From Tubiluchus corallicola (taxonomy: Eukaryota > Animalia > Priapulida): a stretch of 64,000 nt of DNA. Below the pieces are notes generated by a model that saw only the letters and a list, made by a program, of their open reading frames with translations, ran no database searches and was not told where the DNA came from. Numbering within the stretch: position 1 is the first letter of the stretch; each line of letters opens with the position of its first letter. The stretch covers positions 145,093-209,092 of the forward strand of contig JAQGDQ010000307.1 of assembly GCA_030141605.1 (NCBI GenBank), given 5' to 3'. The translations under genes were made by a program, and so were the position numbers. Below, piece by piece: positions 1 through 12,715 of the stretch.

Positions 1-301
1 CTTAATAAGAATATCACCAAATTACATGTAATACCATTTTCTGTTTCGACACACTCGTAAGTACTACGGATAAGATAAGATGTGTTTGGGATGTTGCTCA
101 ATGCGATAACATAGGTCAGGACAGTTATTAGTGGGACAGAATATGATGAAACAGAACAAGAACACAACAGACAAAGAAGAAAGGGCAGAACAGGACAGGA
201 CAGGAAAAGGTGGAACAAAAACAGAAGCAGAGTTTGATCATTTTTATACATTCAAACAATTTAACCACAAGTGACAAATTTCAATTAAGATGTACACTTG
301 C

Positions 302-2798
302 CATAATTGCCAAGTCGAAGAGACTGCGCAAATTCCTTTCCGGGTCAACATTGTTATTGGCAAACATAGCAATAGAACAGTCAACTAAAAACACAATGCT
401 ATCCCGTTGTGCAAACTGAAACTAATTCAAAAAGACTTACAGATAACTCAAATAACAAATTAGATACAAATTTCACGGCAATAAAGAAAGTCAGTTGATA
501 CAGAGTACCTTCTGACTTCATTGCAACAACGCACATCATTATTAAAATAATCATAACACATAAATAAATTCATATCACTACTACTCATTATAAGTGCTTA
601 ATTTTTACTACAGGCATTTACTATGAAACAAATGTAGAATAAGTGCACCATATGTCAATTACAGCATAATAAGTCCATACTGTAGCACGCAATGACATAA
701 AGCGTACATGTATCTTTCACATTAGCTCAAAAAATCTAATAACTAAGTAGGCATTTTTATTCACCTTATACATTAGGTTCGAAAATCATTGGATGGATAT
801 CCTGGAAATCCTAATATAAGGTAGTCCTGAAAACCCCAGTATTACAATCTAATACAAAGACATTTGGACAAAGGGTGTTTTGTCGCAAAACATTTTGGCA
901 GGCAGTCTTGGAGTTTCAGTTTACAGTTTTGTTACAGTTGGTTATGGTTTTGGACACGAGCAGTTTAGAATTTAGACACATGACGTTTGGACACCTGTGT
1001 CATTTGGACACAAGGTACTTTTGGACATATAGGTAATTTGACAGCAAGGTATTTTGGACCATAGGCTATTTGACATATCAAGGTAATTTGGTGACAAAGT
1101 GATTTGGTCACGTTATTCATACAGACATATAGGCCAGTTAGACGTAGGTGTTCTTGACACACATAATTTGGACATATGGGCCATTATTCGTGTTTTTGCC
1201 ACATAAGATACTTAGACATTAGGTGTTTTGCACACAAGACATAGTATAGAGAACTAGACACTTTTGAAAATAGACACTTAAATGCATATCGCTTAATTTC
1301 TGCTGGCCAAAATTTGGGAATCCTCATTTGTGGTAGCCTCAATGACACTTCATTTTTAAGTTAAATAAGTTAAATATTCAACCAAATCAATACTGCTATG
1401 TGCCAAATTCACATTTCTACTTAGGTTTCGCGACAGAAAAAAGTACGGCAACATGGTTGACTACATGCTTAATAATTTGAACAACTTTGTTCAGTGAAGA
1501 GCTAGTGCATACTCTATAAGAAACTCAAAAGTTTCAATGAGCAGTATATCGTATTATGATCGAGTATTGATTACAGTGTGATCAGTTCTCAGAAAAGTAG
1601 CCATGTACATTGTTTCCAGTGAAGCTATGCTTGCAAATGTCAGCTTGAGGCAACTGCAATTGTAACTGTTGCAAGAACACTGAAATTTATTTGCACCTGA
1701 ATCCACTGTGGTTAAGCGGCAAAATTCTTCATCACACATTAAAGTTTTTTAATTACTCATTTTGATCATTTGTAAGGAAAAACGTTACGGGAAAGAATTT
1801 TCTTCCCACGTTCATTGTTAGTTAATACCTAACAGCTCAAGAAATCATGTCACATGCACGTTATCTGTCATAATTGTTGTACTGTACCTGTCGTTTCTGT
1901 CACTGTCACAGCAATACTGCAGCTACCCTCGCTGCATGCCAATATCCGCATGTTATGAAACACCTTAGTAGTTACAAACTTTTTAACCTGCAGACTGCAA
2001 TTACAGTTGAATGAGCTGATTCGAGGTAGCGAGAAAAAGAATCTTGTTCAAAACAGATAATACATCATGTGCTTGATCCAGGGGCTGGGTTTTTTTTGAA
2101 ACATCAGAACCATCTGTTTGAAAATTAACAATGTTTTAGGTGATGTAATTACATTTTAGAATCAAGTATGGCCAAAACAAAGAAAATAAGAAGTCTGGAC
2201 TGAACTGAATTTGAAATAGTGTCCCTACCTCATAGTCATAGCAGAATAATGTGTCAAAGTTATGTATGTTTTGACTTTCAAAATGATTTATGTATGATAC
2301 CTATGTTACCTGTTATCATGGATTCTTTGGAAAGCTGTTTAACTTTAGCTGTAGGATGTCAAACTGATGTATGTGACTAGACAAGTGATGACCATTGGAG
2401 AATTAATACCACAATAGTTATTCTAGTGCTACGGTTAGCCTCAGCAATGCCAGGAGAGTTAGACATAGTTTTCGGCAATTGTGCATGAAAATGCAGTGCA
2501 GTAACAAGTAATTAACCATAATCTAAAAAATACTGGAGAATCTAACGTAATTTTTGCATTAGGCCTACTTCGTTATTGCGACCTCGAACCACCTACTTAA
2601 TTTGATTGAAATTTTTTTCCATTTGGTCGCCTACTTTATATTTAATAATACTACATGTCTCTTTACTGTTACCTTTCACCTTTATTGGCTTTAAAGCACT
2701 GTGACACTATGCTCAGTCTAATTCACCTGTAATTTTTGATCGTCTTCATCACCATTATCATCGTCACCATCTGCACCGGGCCAGTTCCAATCAGACAT
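302..2798 (-). CDS. XRCC6: Ku70 (NHEJ DNA-end-binding subunit), first two coding exons; gene continues left of the window
   Basis: Exon 2798-2727 (MSDWNWPGADGDDDNGDEDDQKLQ, donor CAG|gtgaat) splices in phase 0 to exon 415-302 (ttttcag|FAQRDSIVFLVDCSIAMFANNNVDPERNLRSLFDLAIM|gcaagt). The acidic N-terminus plus RDSIVFLVDCSxAMF matches the Ku70 vWA start (human GRDSLIFLVDASKAMF...PFDMSIQ). Confidence 0.9.
860..1280. repeat. Degenerate minisatellite, ~15-17 bp units around TTTGGACAC/TTTGACA
   Basis: Many imperfect copies: catttggacaaag, tttggacacgag, tttagacacatg, tttggacacctg, tttggacacaag, tttggacatatag, etc.; lies in Ku70 intron 1. Confidence 0.7.
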
Positions 2799-3003
2799 TT
2801 TCGTATCCAAACAATATGTGCTTTTTTAAAATTAGTTTTGTATTATTTTTCGGAAGCACAGAAAATCAGTGGTCATTCTAAATTGTATTACAGGTTAACT
2901 GGTTAAATTAACACGTGCAACTCTCTGCGCACATTTATTTACCGACTGTATTTCCGGCATAAACAGCATTTCCGGGTCAGAAGCGGCGCTGAAGTAGTAG
3001 AAT
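2799..3003. promoter_or_regulatory. Putative bidirectional promoter between Ku70 and the + strand uncharacterised gene
   Basis: Only 205 bp separate the divergent ATGs (2798 -, 3004 +). Locally CpG-enriched, with ETS-like CGGAAG (~2851) and TTTCCGG cores (~2951, ~2968). Confidence 0.65.
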
Positions 3004-6000
3004 ATGGCAGATGGTAGGGTGGGTCTCTGTAGAAAAATAGGTGATATAAATTCCCATCCTACAAGAGTAAAAACCAAACAAGATACAGGTAACGGTTGTG
3101 TGGACTTCAACCTGTTTCCAAGCCGTAATATGGCGTCTTCGTTCAGGAAAAATGAACTTCTAAGCGATGACCAGGTATGATTAAAATGTAGCATTTTTGG
3201 ATGTATCACCTTGCAGTTTGCAGATGGAACGGCATGTTCGTGCACACGGCTCTGCAAAAACAGAGCAGCAGCTCAGTCTGTAAATATCTTTGATTTGTAT
3301 GAGTTTGATATTAATAATAATCAATACGTTATCACTCTGCTTGCTGTTATTTTATTCTTGTGTACTGTTTGTAATTTTTTTATAATGCCTAGTTTTGCTG
3401 GGGCAGGTTTTCAAGGCCACGAAAACTGATGCATCACAAAAGTGGAGTTTATAGGCCAACAGCACTCCCTGCCTCTGACTCTCCTCTGGGAATGTAATTA
3501 ATACCAATATTATATAGGCTTGACATTTTTCATTACTCTTATATGACAGTTTGCCTTGGGCAATGTGTAGTTATGTGCCTCAACATTAAATGCTTTCAAG
3601 ATTAGTCTTGATCAACATTAGTTAAATTGTTCTTGGCTGCATCATAAACACCCTCCACTTTTTTGGGTTTTGAGATTACTCAACAGCAGTGAAACGTTTG
3701 CACATTTAAGATTAGATGAATTTGCACAATGAATGATCTGCAAAAAGGCATCTTAGTGCCTTCAAACAGAAGAGGGGGAAAAGTTGAAGCATTTTAACTT
3801 TTTTTTGTATTTATGTCTTCTAGATTGCCGTGAAAAACTCCTTAGGTTTTGTCATTTGATGTTTTTAAAAGTCCATGAACTAGGCTATAACTTGTAGTTA
3901 AAATGATTGCATGACATACCACTGAAGGCCCAATTGCCAACTGTTGTTCTTGTGCTGTGGTTTATGTACTTCTGCTACTCTGGCCTGATGGATGTCCTAA
4001 ATCTTGAAAGCTTATGGCCCACTTATGCGTAGAGCACTTTTCCGTGCAATTTCCTGCAAAGTAAATTTGGCCCATTTTTTCGCACAGTATGTCGTTTAAA
4101 TATAAAGCAGGTTTTACATAATTTCTGAGCCAATTTCAGGAAAATAACATTGAATAAAAAGCAGAAGAAATTCTTGTGATACAAATTTATACAGACGAAA
4201 GCGCAAAAGTAGTAGAATATATAAATGTAAATCAGCACTCGCCAGAGAGAGAAAGAGAAAGTGCATTCACGAGAGAGGGACAAATGGAAAGAAGGCACAC
4301 AGACTGACAGACAATTTGTTCTGTAAAAAGATAAATGGATGAAAAGGGTGCATGGTGGATGCACAGACAGACAGACGATAGATAAATATAATTCTGCTCC
4401 TATAGGGTTGCCTAGCAAACTGTAGCAAGACCTTTGCCCATGACAAGTCTCTTCCAAAATGTTTAGTGATACTCTAAGTCATAACAACACAGCTAATGTA
4501 AACTCTAAAATGTAAACACAAATAGTGGCTAATTTACAATGCAATACTAATCGCTAAAATTTTGACTTATCAATTACGTCAATGTGTGTTTAGATTAACT
4601 TTGTAATCACTGCAGAACAGTATCTATCTCTCCACTGGTATTGTAATTCATATGCCCACTTGCACTAAAATTCTTCACAAAGATAAGTCACAAAGCAGTG
4701 AATCAGTGACAAAACAATTCTTGAGAATTACGATTATCTCATCTGATGCTATAAACCTGCAGTTTTGTTAAAAGGTAGAAAGTTTAGTATTTATTTCAAA
4801 GCTACCATTATTAAGAGCATAGGATTTTGTGAAACCTTCATTGTACGAGATGACCAGTTGCTCATTCTCACTGAGCTGCTTAATTCTGCTTTGGCTACAA
4901 TGTAACTACAGTGTACTCTCAATTATAAAAACTATGATTAATCATCTTGTAAATAAATACGGTATATATAGGTATTCCTTACATTTTTGCGTGGACAAGC
5001 TTTTCCAGTTGAAAATTATTTCACTCTGAAAATCGTCATTGACAACACAGCCATGTTTCAATGTTTTAAATGTTTGAATCCTTGCTACATTTTATTATTG
5101 TGTCACAAGCGTTTTTCCTTTCATTTTTACAGTGTCAAAAGGTATCCAAAATTTGGGAAACATTGTTGAAATTTAGATTCGTCAATATTTGTGACTTTCT
5201 ACTGTGATCACATGTTATATTATTTATTAGGCGTATGCAGTAACAGACAGTTTTTGTTTTTGTGGCTCTTGTCTGTGCACCCTCTCCACAATATGATAGT
5301 GCTAAAATACACCAGTTTTTACTGTAATGTGGAATTTGAGGAGGATAGAAAGAAAGAAATAAAATTTAACCTAGTTTCAAGAAATAATAACACCAACGAA
5401 GCAGTTAACTTACCCATGAAATTTATTTTGGGCATTTCGGCTAACCTACCTATTATTTCTTATTAGACTTCGATTCCTGCCTAATAAGAAACTTAACCTG
5501 GTTTTTTTTTCAACCGAGATACAGCATAAGTGAAACAAATTTAAAATCCAAATTGTATTGTATCCAAGATAGGTTTGTATTAGTTTAATGCAGAATGGAT
5601 TCTTATTAGGCGGGAAGTGGGAACCTAAACCAATAAACGAAGTGCTAAGATCCAAATTAGCTTGTGTAAATCTTGTTTGGTAGGTTTCTGCTGGAACACT
5701 TGCCATCTTCAGCAACTAGAGCCATAAAAAATCATAAAGAAATAAGTTGCTGACTGGTATGTCAGTCTCAATGCATCAAACAGAATTTATAATAACAACT
5801 AATACATTATTAGTGTTTCTCTTTTTAATTAATCTAAATACTGGAAGTGCATTTAATTTACATAGAATTTAATTTGTGGTATATGCGAGATTAAAGTCCA
5901 TTAATGTAATATATTTGTAATATACAAATTACTAATTGCGCAAAATGACTATAGCGTAATGGTACATAATATTACGTGGAAAATTGGAAGAACCACCAGG

Positions 6001-9000
6001 AAATTGGAAATTGTCTTGCAAATTGGAGTTCAGATTTCTAGTTTTATTCTAGGCAACTAGGCCAACTCTAACTTGGACAAGAAGATTTGGAATGGAACTT
6101 TCATTTTTAAAAGAACCTGTTCTATACATTAAGTTAATATTTATAAATGAGTTTGTCATAGTTTTAGCAATAACCACATTTTTATCTCACATTGCTTTGT
6201 AAATCTAAATTTTGATTTTTTTTTTTTCATTTTAGCTTGAAGCCATTGCTGTGTGTCCAGAAAAAATTAACGATTTGCCAGACAGTGAATTCAAACAAAT
6301 GCTGGATGCTTGTTTACCAAATCAGAACTTGAAAGTGCAGGCAATACTTAATGACAGCTTAGTAGACTGTCCAAAAAATGACGAGAATGAGTGTCGAATC
6401 ACCTCGTCAGAGCTCAATAGTTGTTTTCATACTAGACGAAATCGTGCTGTGAAAACTGACGATCATAATTCGCTTATTGTAAATAGCAAAAATGTAATTA
6501 GTGAACCGCATCATGTTAACGAGTTGACTGTTGATCACATAAAACATGTAAAAACATGTGGCTTTACAAAAGAAAACGTCAAGCATGAAACTGATACGAC
6601 TGCAGTTGTGGATAGTGATGATATTAATGTAACCTTGTGTTTACCGGAACCAGATGAACACAGCGATGAAAATGCTACTGTGTTTGAAGTGAAAAGAGAT
6701 CATCCTGATTGTATTAATGAAGATTCCGGAAACATATGCCACGATGACCGAAAAGATGGTTTAAAAGGTATACATTATGTAATTACCTTACTTTACATTG
6801 CACGAACATTACATTATGTAATTTTTGTGCAATTATAATAGATGTATTGCATGTCATTGCAGAATTTTCTTGTTTTACGGATCTTATATTACGTTCGAGT
6901 TTGTCAGCGTTGTGCTACCTTCATCGAAAAAATGTTGAGCAAAAATATAGTAACATGTTATCATTATGAAATTTATTTTCAGTTACTTCATTCTATCAAG
7001 TCACCTAGAATATGAATCTAAAATGTTATTAGTTTATTACAAAGATGTGTGAACTCATTTCATAGCTGTTGTCTAATATTTCAGGTGTACACAACTGATA
7101 TGAATCTCATTTGTTGAAAGCCTACATTCACATTTGCACACAAATTCTTTTAAACAGAACATTTTGCTCGTATTTTATTTTCTTTAATAAATGGCGTACT
7201 GCTAGTAACTTTGTGTATGACTTATTTAGGTGTAGCAAAAAAGCCTTTGCAGAAAGGAGCAACTGAACCTCAGAAGCGAAGGCGACGTGGTGTAAAAGAG
7301 AAGGTGAAAAATATACAACTTCACTAGGCTTACATATTAGTATAAACTGAAATGTTTGCATTCAGTAGGATTGTGGGATTAAATAAGGGAATGGAAATCA
7401 CATATATGTTAGAGCCATATCTTATTGATCAACTCTAGGTAGCCAGTGACTGTGTGCTATTATGCCTATTTTGTTGTTTAAAGAAGTTTAAGGGATAGTG
7501 TGGTATATTTTGTTCTGTGATTGATGGTTTATTTTTGGAATGGTGTCGCCTGGGAAAACATTTAAATGAGATGTATGGATCAACTGTGAATTCATATATA
7601 ATTCATTGCATTTATACGTGCACATTACAAGTAGCTGATACGGACAATGAAACTTTACCAGTAATCCACTATGCAAGTAATATATGTTGATAATTTTTTT
7701 CCTAAAGGGGAGAACTGCTACAAATTTAACTGTCAAAAACATGAACTTAAAGAAATTCCAAACAGTATTTGTCTTCAAGCATTTGAACATCAAGGCATTT
7801 GTAACATGACTAAATTTGACCCCTAGAATCAGCAGTGTGATGTAGTAGAATTTCTAGGTACTCCTTTATTTGTTTTCGTTGACACATGCACGACATCATT
7901 TTTATCGAATAGTAAAAGCTATTGTTTCAGCATTGTCAGTTTTTTGGCGAAATTAGTCGATGACTAGGATTTTTAGTAATTTTATGCAGCTCAAGTGTTA
8001 TATGATAAAAAGTAAAATAATTATGATAAAAAGTGAAAGACTGATGTTTTGTATTAACAGTTAAAAAGTACACCAGCTTTTGTTAGTTAGCCTAACTCAT
8101 TTAAGTAGATGGTCACATTTGCTCAAAATAATACTGTTTGTTTTAGTACATTATGCATAGTTAGTAAAGAAGGTGAAGCATTATTTAAGCTACTGCCCCT
8201 TTAACACACTTAAAGCTTACAGATTATGAATCATGAATATAAGTTAGGTGTTTAGGTTTTGTTTGGATGTAATTGAATCTTCAGTTTCTAGCTTTTTTGT
8301 TGCTGTTTGTGTTTGTCAGTATTTAGAAACCTATTTTGAAAAGACTACATACCCGTTTTGCACTTTCGATCGGTTGTTACTGTGCCGATATTGCCTACAG
8401 AAATTTTTTATTCATACATAATACAGGGTGTCTCTAAAGTCAGTATGCACTATGATTTCTGATTTTCCTTTTAGCTTGCCATCCATTCTTAACAAACTTT
8501 GCCATATTACTTAAATAGTAACTGAACCCTATTACTATAGCAATGACATTAAATTTAAAAAATGAATTGAAAAATGTCAGCCAGATGTAAAGTTCTTCGA
8601 TCATAACCTCGAGTGCGCCAGAAATTCAGGAACAGCATATAGATTACATTCCTCACTACTTGTAAACTGTGACAACTGTGATTCTCAAAGCAAGATATCC
8701 AACTTTGCACTGAAAATTTGGGACTAGACAGATTTGGCATCTTGCATTTTGGCATCCTACAACCAGGCTAGAATTTATACAGAAAGACCAAGACACCTTC
8801 ATTTGTCCTTCACAAACTGGAAACAACAATTAGAGATTGTTGTGCAAACATTTAACTGGAAGAGTTCGGTGATGTTGGAATTGCATGTGTTAATCATTAG
8901 CAAAAGTGCTTTGAAGAAGGTAGCAAAAGTAGAGAAGCCTATCAGTACAATAGTTCTTTTCTTGACCAACAGTACTGCCAGTAAAGGTTTTAGTTCTTCT

Positions 9001-12000
9001 GTACTAATTTTCAAACACCTGCTTTAAAATATTAAGTATATACTGACTTCTGCGGCACCTCGTGCAAGCTTTGTGCAACTGCAAGCTGATGGTTTTGTAT
9101 AAGTTTTTGAAAGCTTTTTTATATTAAGATTTAAGGATTCCTTTGAATCCTTTCTGAAGGGCATGAATCAACAAAATGCTGAACTCAGTTTTAGCATATT
9201 GTAGTGTACCTTGATTATACATCAAACTATGTCACATTTCTTACATGTACTTGTATTTTTGCAGGGAATTGACATTGAAATAGGTAAAATTCCTGGCTTT
9301 CGCGGCAATCATCCCATTGATGATTTGGTGGAGTTTATTGATGGTCCTCAATCGGGAAAGAAATCAAAGAATAATGTCGAAAAACAAAAGAAAGAAAAAA
9401 GTAAGAAGAAAGGGAAAGAAAGCTATGACGAATCAGAGAAACTAGAAAGTGCTGATGAAAAGGAAGAAACAGTAGATATGCAAGCTGACCAACTAGACAC
9501 AAGTTATGAATCGGCACAAGAAGAACTAACTCCTTCAAGTGCATTCAGTGAAGTTACTGATGCAAAGCCACCTGTTCCTCCGTCACTGAGTGAATCTGAA
9601 AAGTTTCATGAAGAGGATTTCAAAGTGGTAATCAGAAGCAAGAAACATAACAAGAGAGCAAGACAACATACAGACAGTAGTGTACCCCCACGCCGTGCAA
9701 CTTCATATGATAACTGCGTTGAGATGGACCTGGTTGGTGGTAGTGGCGAACGTGCTCGTCGTAACTCTACTGGCAGTGCTCCAGTTAATATGGCGACAAG
9801 TCCACAGGAAGGAACTGAATGTCACAGTGATGATGAGTCAGTTCAATCATTACCTGTGCATGCTGACATTGCAGAAGCACCAGTGACAGCGCCACCACCC
9901 AGTACAGTTAGTGAACTAACAAGAAACAAAGCTCCCAGCGAAGAACCATCTGGGCGCACATACGAAACCGATCGTGCCGCTAAAATGATGCAGATGCGAA
10001 GATCAGCTTCTGCAGGAAGCTTCACCCGCAATAACTACAGCAGCTCCAAGAATCCACGTATGATCAGAGGGCAGAGGTATGACAGCATCAGTGACTGCAG
10101 AGATATTGCTAGTGCGCCTGAAGTTTATATTGACACGGACGATAGAGAAAATTTCCCTAGTCTACCTTCTGCACCTCAGCCTGGCAAAGGCAACCAGAAG
10201 CCTAGCAGTGCTCCTGAAAAGAGCTATGCTGCTGCTCTAACAATTAAGTACAATAAAAACATGGGAAGTGACTCCGTGAGCTTTGATCTACCTAATGAAG
10301 ACTTTTCTCCAGCAGCTGTGACTAGTAACTATGTCACAGGTGTCACTGTTGTGGAGAAACTTAGTGGTGCTAATAATAGTGTAACTATCTGTGATACTTG
10401 TGCTAATGCCGTTTATAAAAACAATGAAGATAAACAGATTAATGTTAAACCAAGTAGCGAACCTACTTCCTGTGTTGCAGAAACTGTGCAAGCTGGTTTT
10501 CAAACTGAAAGTGCTGAAAATGCTGATGACAGTAATGTGGGTAATACTTTCCAGATGCCGCAGTTTACTCAGGAGTCAGTGATCGGCATCGAGACTAGCA
10601 GTGAGATTTTACTCGGTAAACTGCATCTTAAACCAACGGAGAAAAAGACTTCTCCAGAAAAATCCATAAGGCATAAGGCATCACGTCTTGTATTCGAGAT
10701 AGGTGGTGGTTCAAAAAAATCTGGTCCCAATTCTTCTAATCATGGGCTGACGTTTGGATTTGACTTGGATGCTAAAAATGAGAATTCACAACCTTCTAAG
10801 GTAGGTAACTAGTTGTATTACAATACACAAGCTGCATTTATACTTTTTACTAAATTCATTTTGACACCTAACTAGTTTGTCATTTAGGTGTTGTCTATTG
10901 ACCAATTGCTACCAAAACCAAATTTGAACATGTTGTTTGTTATTTGCTAACAGTTACCCAAAATTAAATTCTAATTTGCTTTAAAGTTTACTTGCATGTC
11001 AATTTGTCAAATTACGGTAGAAGCATGTTAGAAGAAAATAAGTCTACCTTTAAGGTTGCTTAAATTATTACTTCATTGAATGTTATGCTCACTAACTGAC
11101 TCTTTAACTTGCATTTTAGACTCATGCTGCATTTTCATTGCTGTATAATGTTTGAGCTTGTAATCCACATCATGAAATATGGATCAACGTTGGTTTCTGT
11201 ATAAAGCACAATGCAGTATTACATACTATACCTTTGTACATCACTGTAATGATGGTGTTGCATTGTCAACCATTCATTCATTAGACTGACCAGACATTTT
11301 AGGCAGATAAAGAGTTTGTTTAGAGTTTAATTTAGGACCCCACTTTAAGATTAAAGCAAATTAACATATCGTAATGCCTATCATGCATGTACATTACACG
11401 AAATTTGTGATTTTGTAACATGTATATTTTTACAAGATGCCAGGAAAGTCTCCTAGTCCTGATGTTACCCAAATGGATGTAAAAGCAGCAATACAAACTC
11501 CGGACATTCTTCGTAATGCCACCATCACTTCTGTCAATTCAACAGGTGACGAATGTTCATCAGTGCGAGCTACTCAGGGCGAAGACACCAGGAGCTTGAA
11601 GCAAGATAACAAGACTGTCATACTCGCTATGTGCAAAGAAACTGTGAAAACTAGTCAGGATCAGTCGGTGAATGAAAATGAAATTGCTGACAGCTTGTCT
11701 GCTTCAGAAAACTTGAGTTGCGACTCAAAAAGTGCATCAAAACAACAAGCAGCTTTGCATAAAAATGTCTCGCAGTGTAACACAGAAATTAATGACAAGT
11801 TGATGTTAGGCAAACCTTCTGTAGATGTTACTAAGGGACATCATTCTTCACAGAAAGGTATGAACAATGGAAGTGTCCCTTCTGCTGCAAGCCGTGATGA
11901 GATTCATCACTTGCAAGATTTGGCAAATTTCATTGGTCAAGGATGGACGGATGTCCAGAGAGACATCAACAGAGGTATTTTTGCTGCATACTATATGGAA

Positions 12001-12715
12001 TTGTTTGTACACATAATATCATTTACATTTTGCTAAATGTCCCGAATTTTGCAAATTTGATATGAGACGATAAAATAATTTTAGCTAGCCCAAATGCCTT
12101 ACTACTTCTCTTGTTTGCAGGAATCCTGTGCTCTTGGGCAATAAGACGCAGTCTGGTTAATGATGACTGTAAGCAGAAAATTGAGATATGAAAGATGCGA
12201 TTATATGTATAATTATCATGTGGTATAGACTCTGGATGGGTTGACTTGCCTTGTACAATTGGGATTTTAGTGCTATAAGCACTTTTGTCACATTTTGGTT
12301 TGCCCTGTATACACTAGAAGACCTATGCATAAATGCAGGCAGGTTTAATTAGTAATCAGTCTTACAAAAATTGGCTGGCTGCAGTAATGCTATTACTGAC
12401 AAGTGAAAAAGCTAGTGTTAATGATTTGACTGATTCTAAGTGTACAGTGTTTTAATAGTTTACGATCATTGTCCATATAGAAAATGTTCGTATGTATGAA
12501 ATACCACACTACATTTTGTTTTTCAGTAGTTTCTAATATATATTTTGTTTTGAGCATTTGCGAAAGCATTAGAGTGTAATTCTTACAGATAACAAGAAAT
12601 GTTTATACTCCAAGCTTGTTTCTATTCATAAATATCTGCTAATATTTTTTGTAATTTTTTTCTAGGAAGAAAAGTGGTCTACTTCAAGTTGGAAGAAGAA
12701 GTTTTGCAGACTTAG
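3004..12715 (+). CDS. Uncharacterised ~966-aa low-complexity/disordered protein (6 coding exons)
   Basis: Phase-consistent GT-AG exons 3004-3174, 6236-6767, 7230-7303, 9265-10800, 11437-11974, 12666-12715 (2901 nt, ending GRKVVYFKLEEEVLQT*). Motifs: IPGFRGNHPIDDLVEFID plus Lys-rich tract, EDFKVVIRSKK, ENFPSLP, KSYAAAL, LTFGFD, and C-terminal LANFIGQGWTDVQRDI. A second in-frame ATG lies at 3130. Confidence 0.85.
8422..9070 (-). mobile_element. Decayed Tc1/mariner-like DNA transposon remnant
   Basis: TA|CAGGGTGTC terminus at 8422-8432 is typical of Tc1/mariner TIRs. Adjacent minus-strand frames give weak, frameshifted resemblance to the transposase SPDLNP region. The second TIR was not found. 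Confidence 0.35.

Noticed and set aside
2895-3257. 120-aa minus-strand ORF
   Set aside because: Antisense to exon 1 of the + strand gene and the promoter; no recognisable homology.
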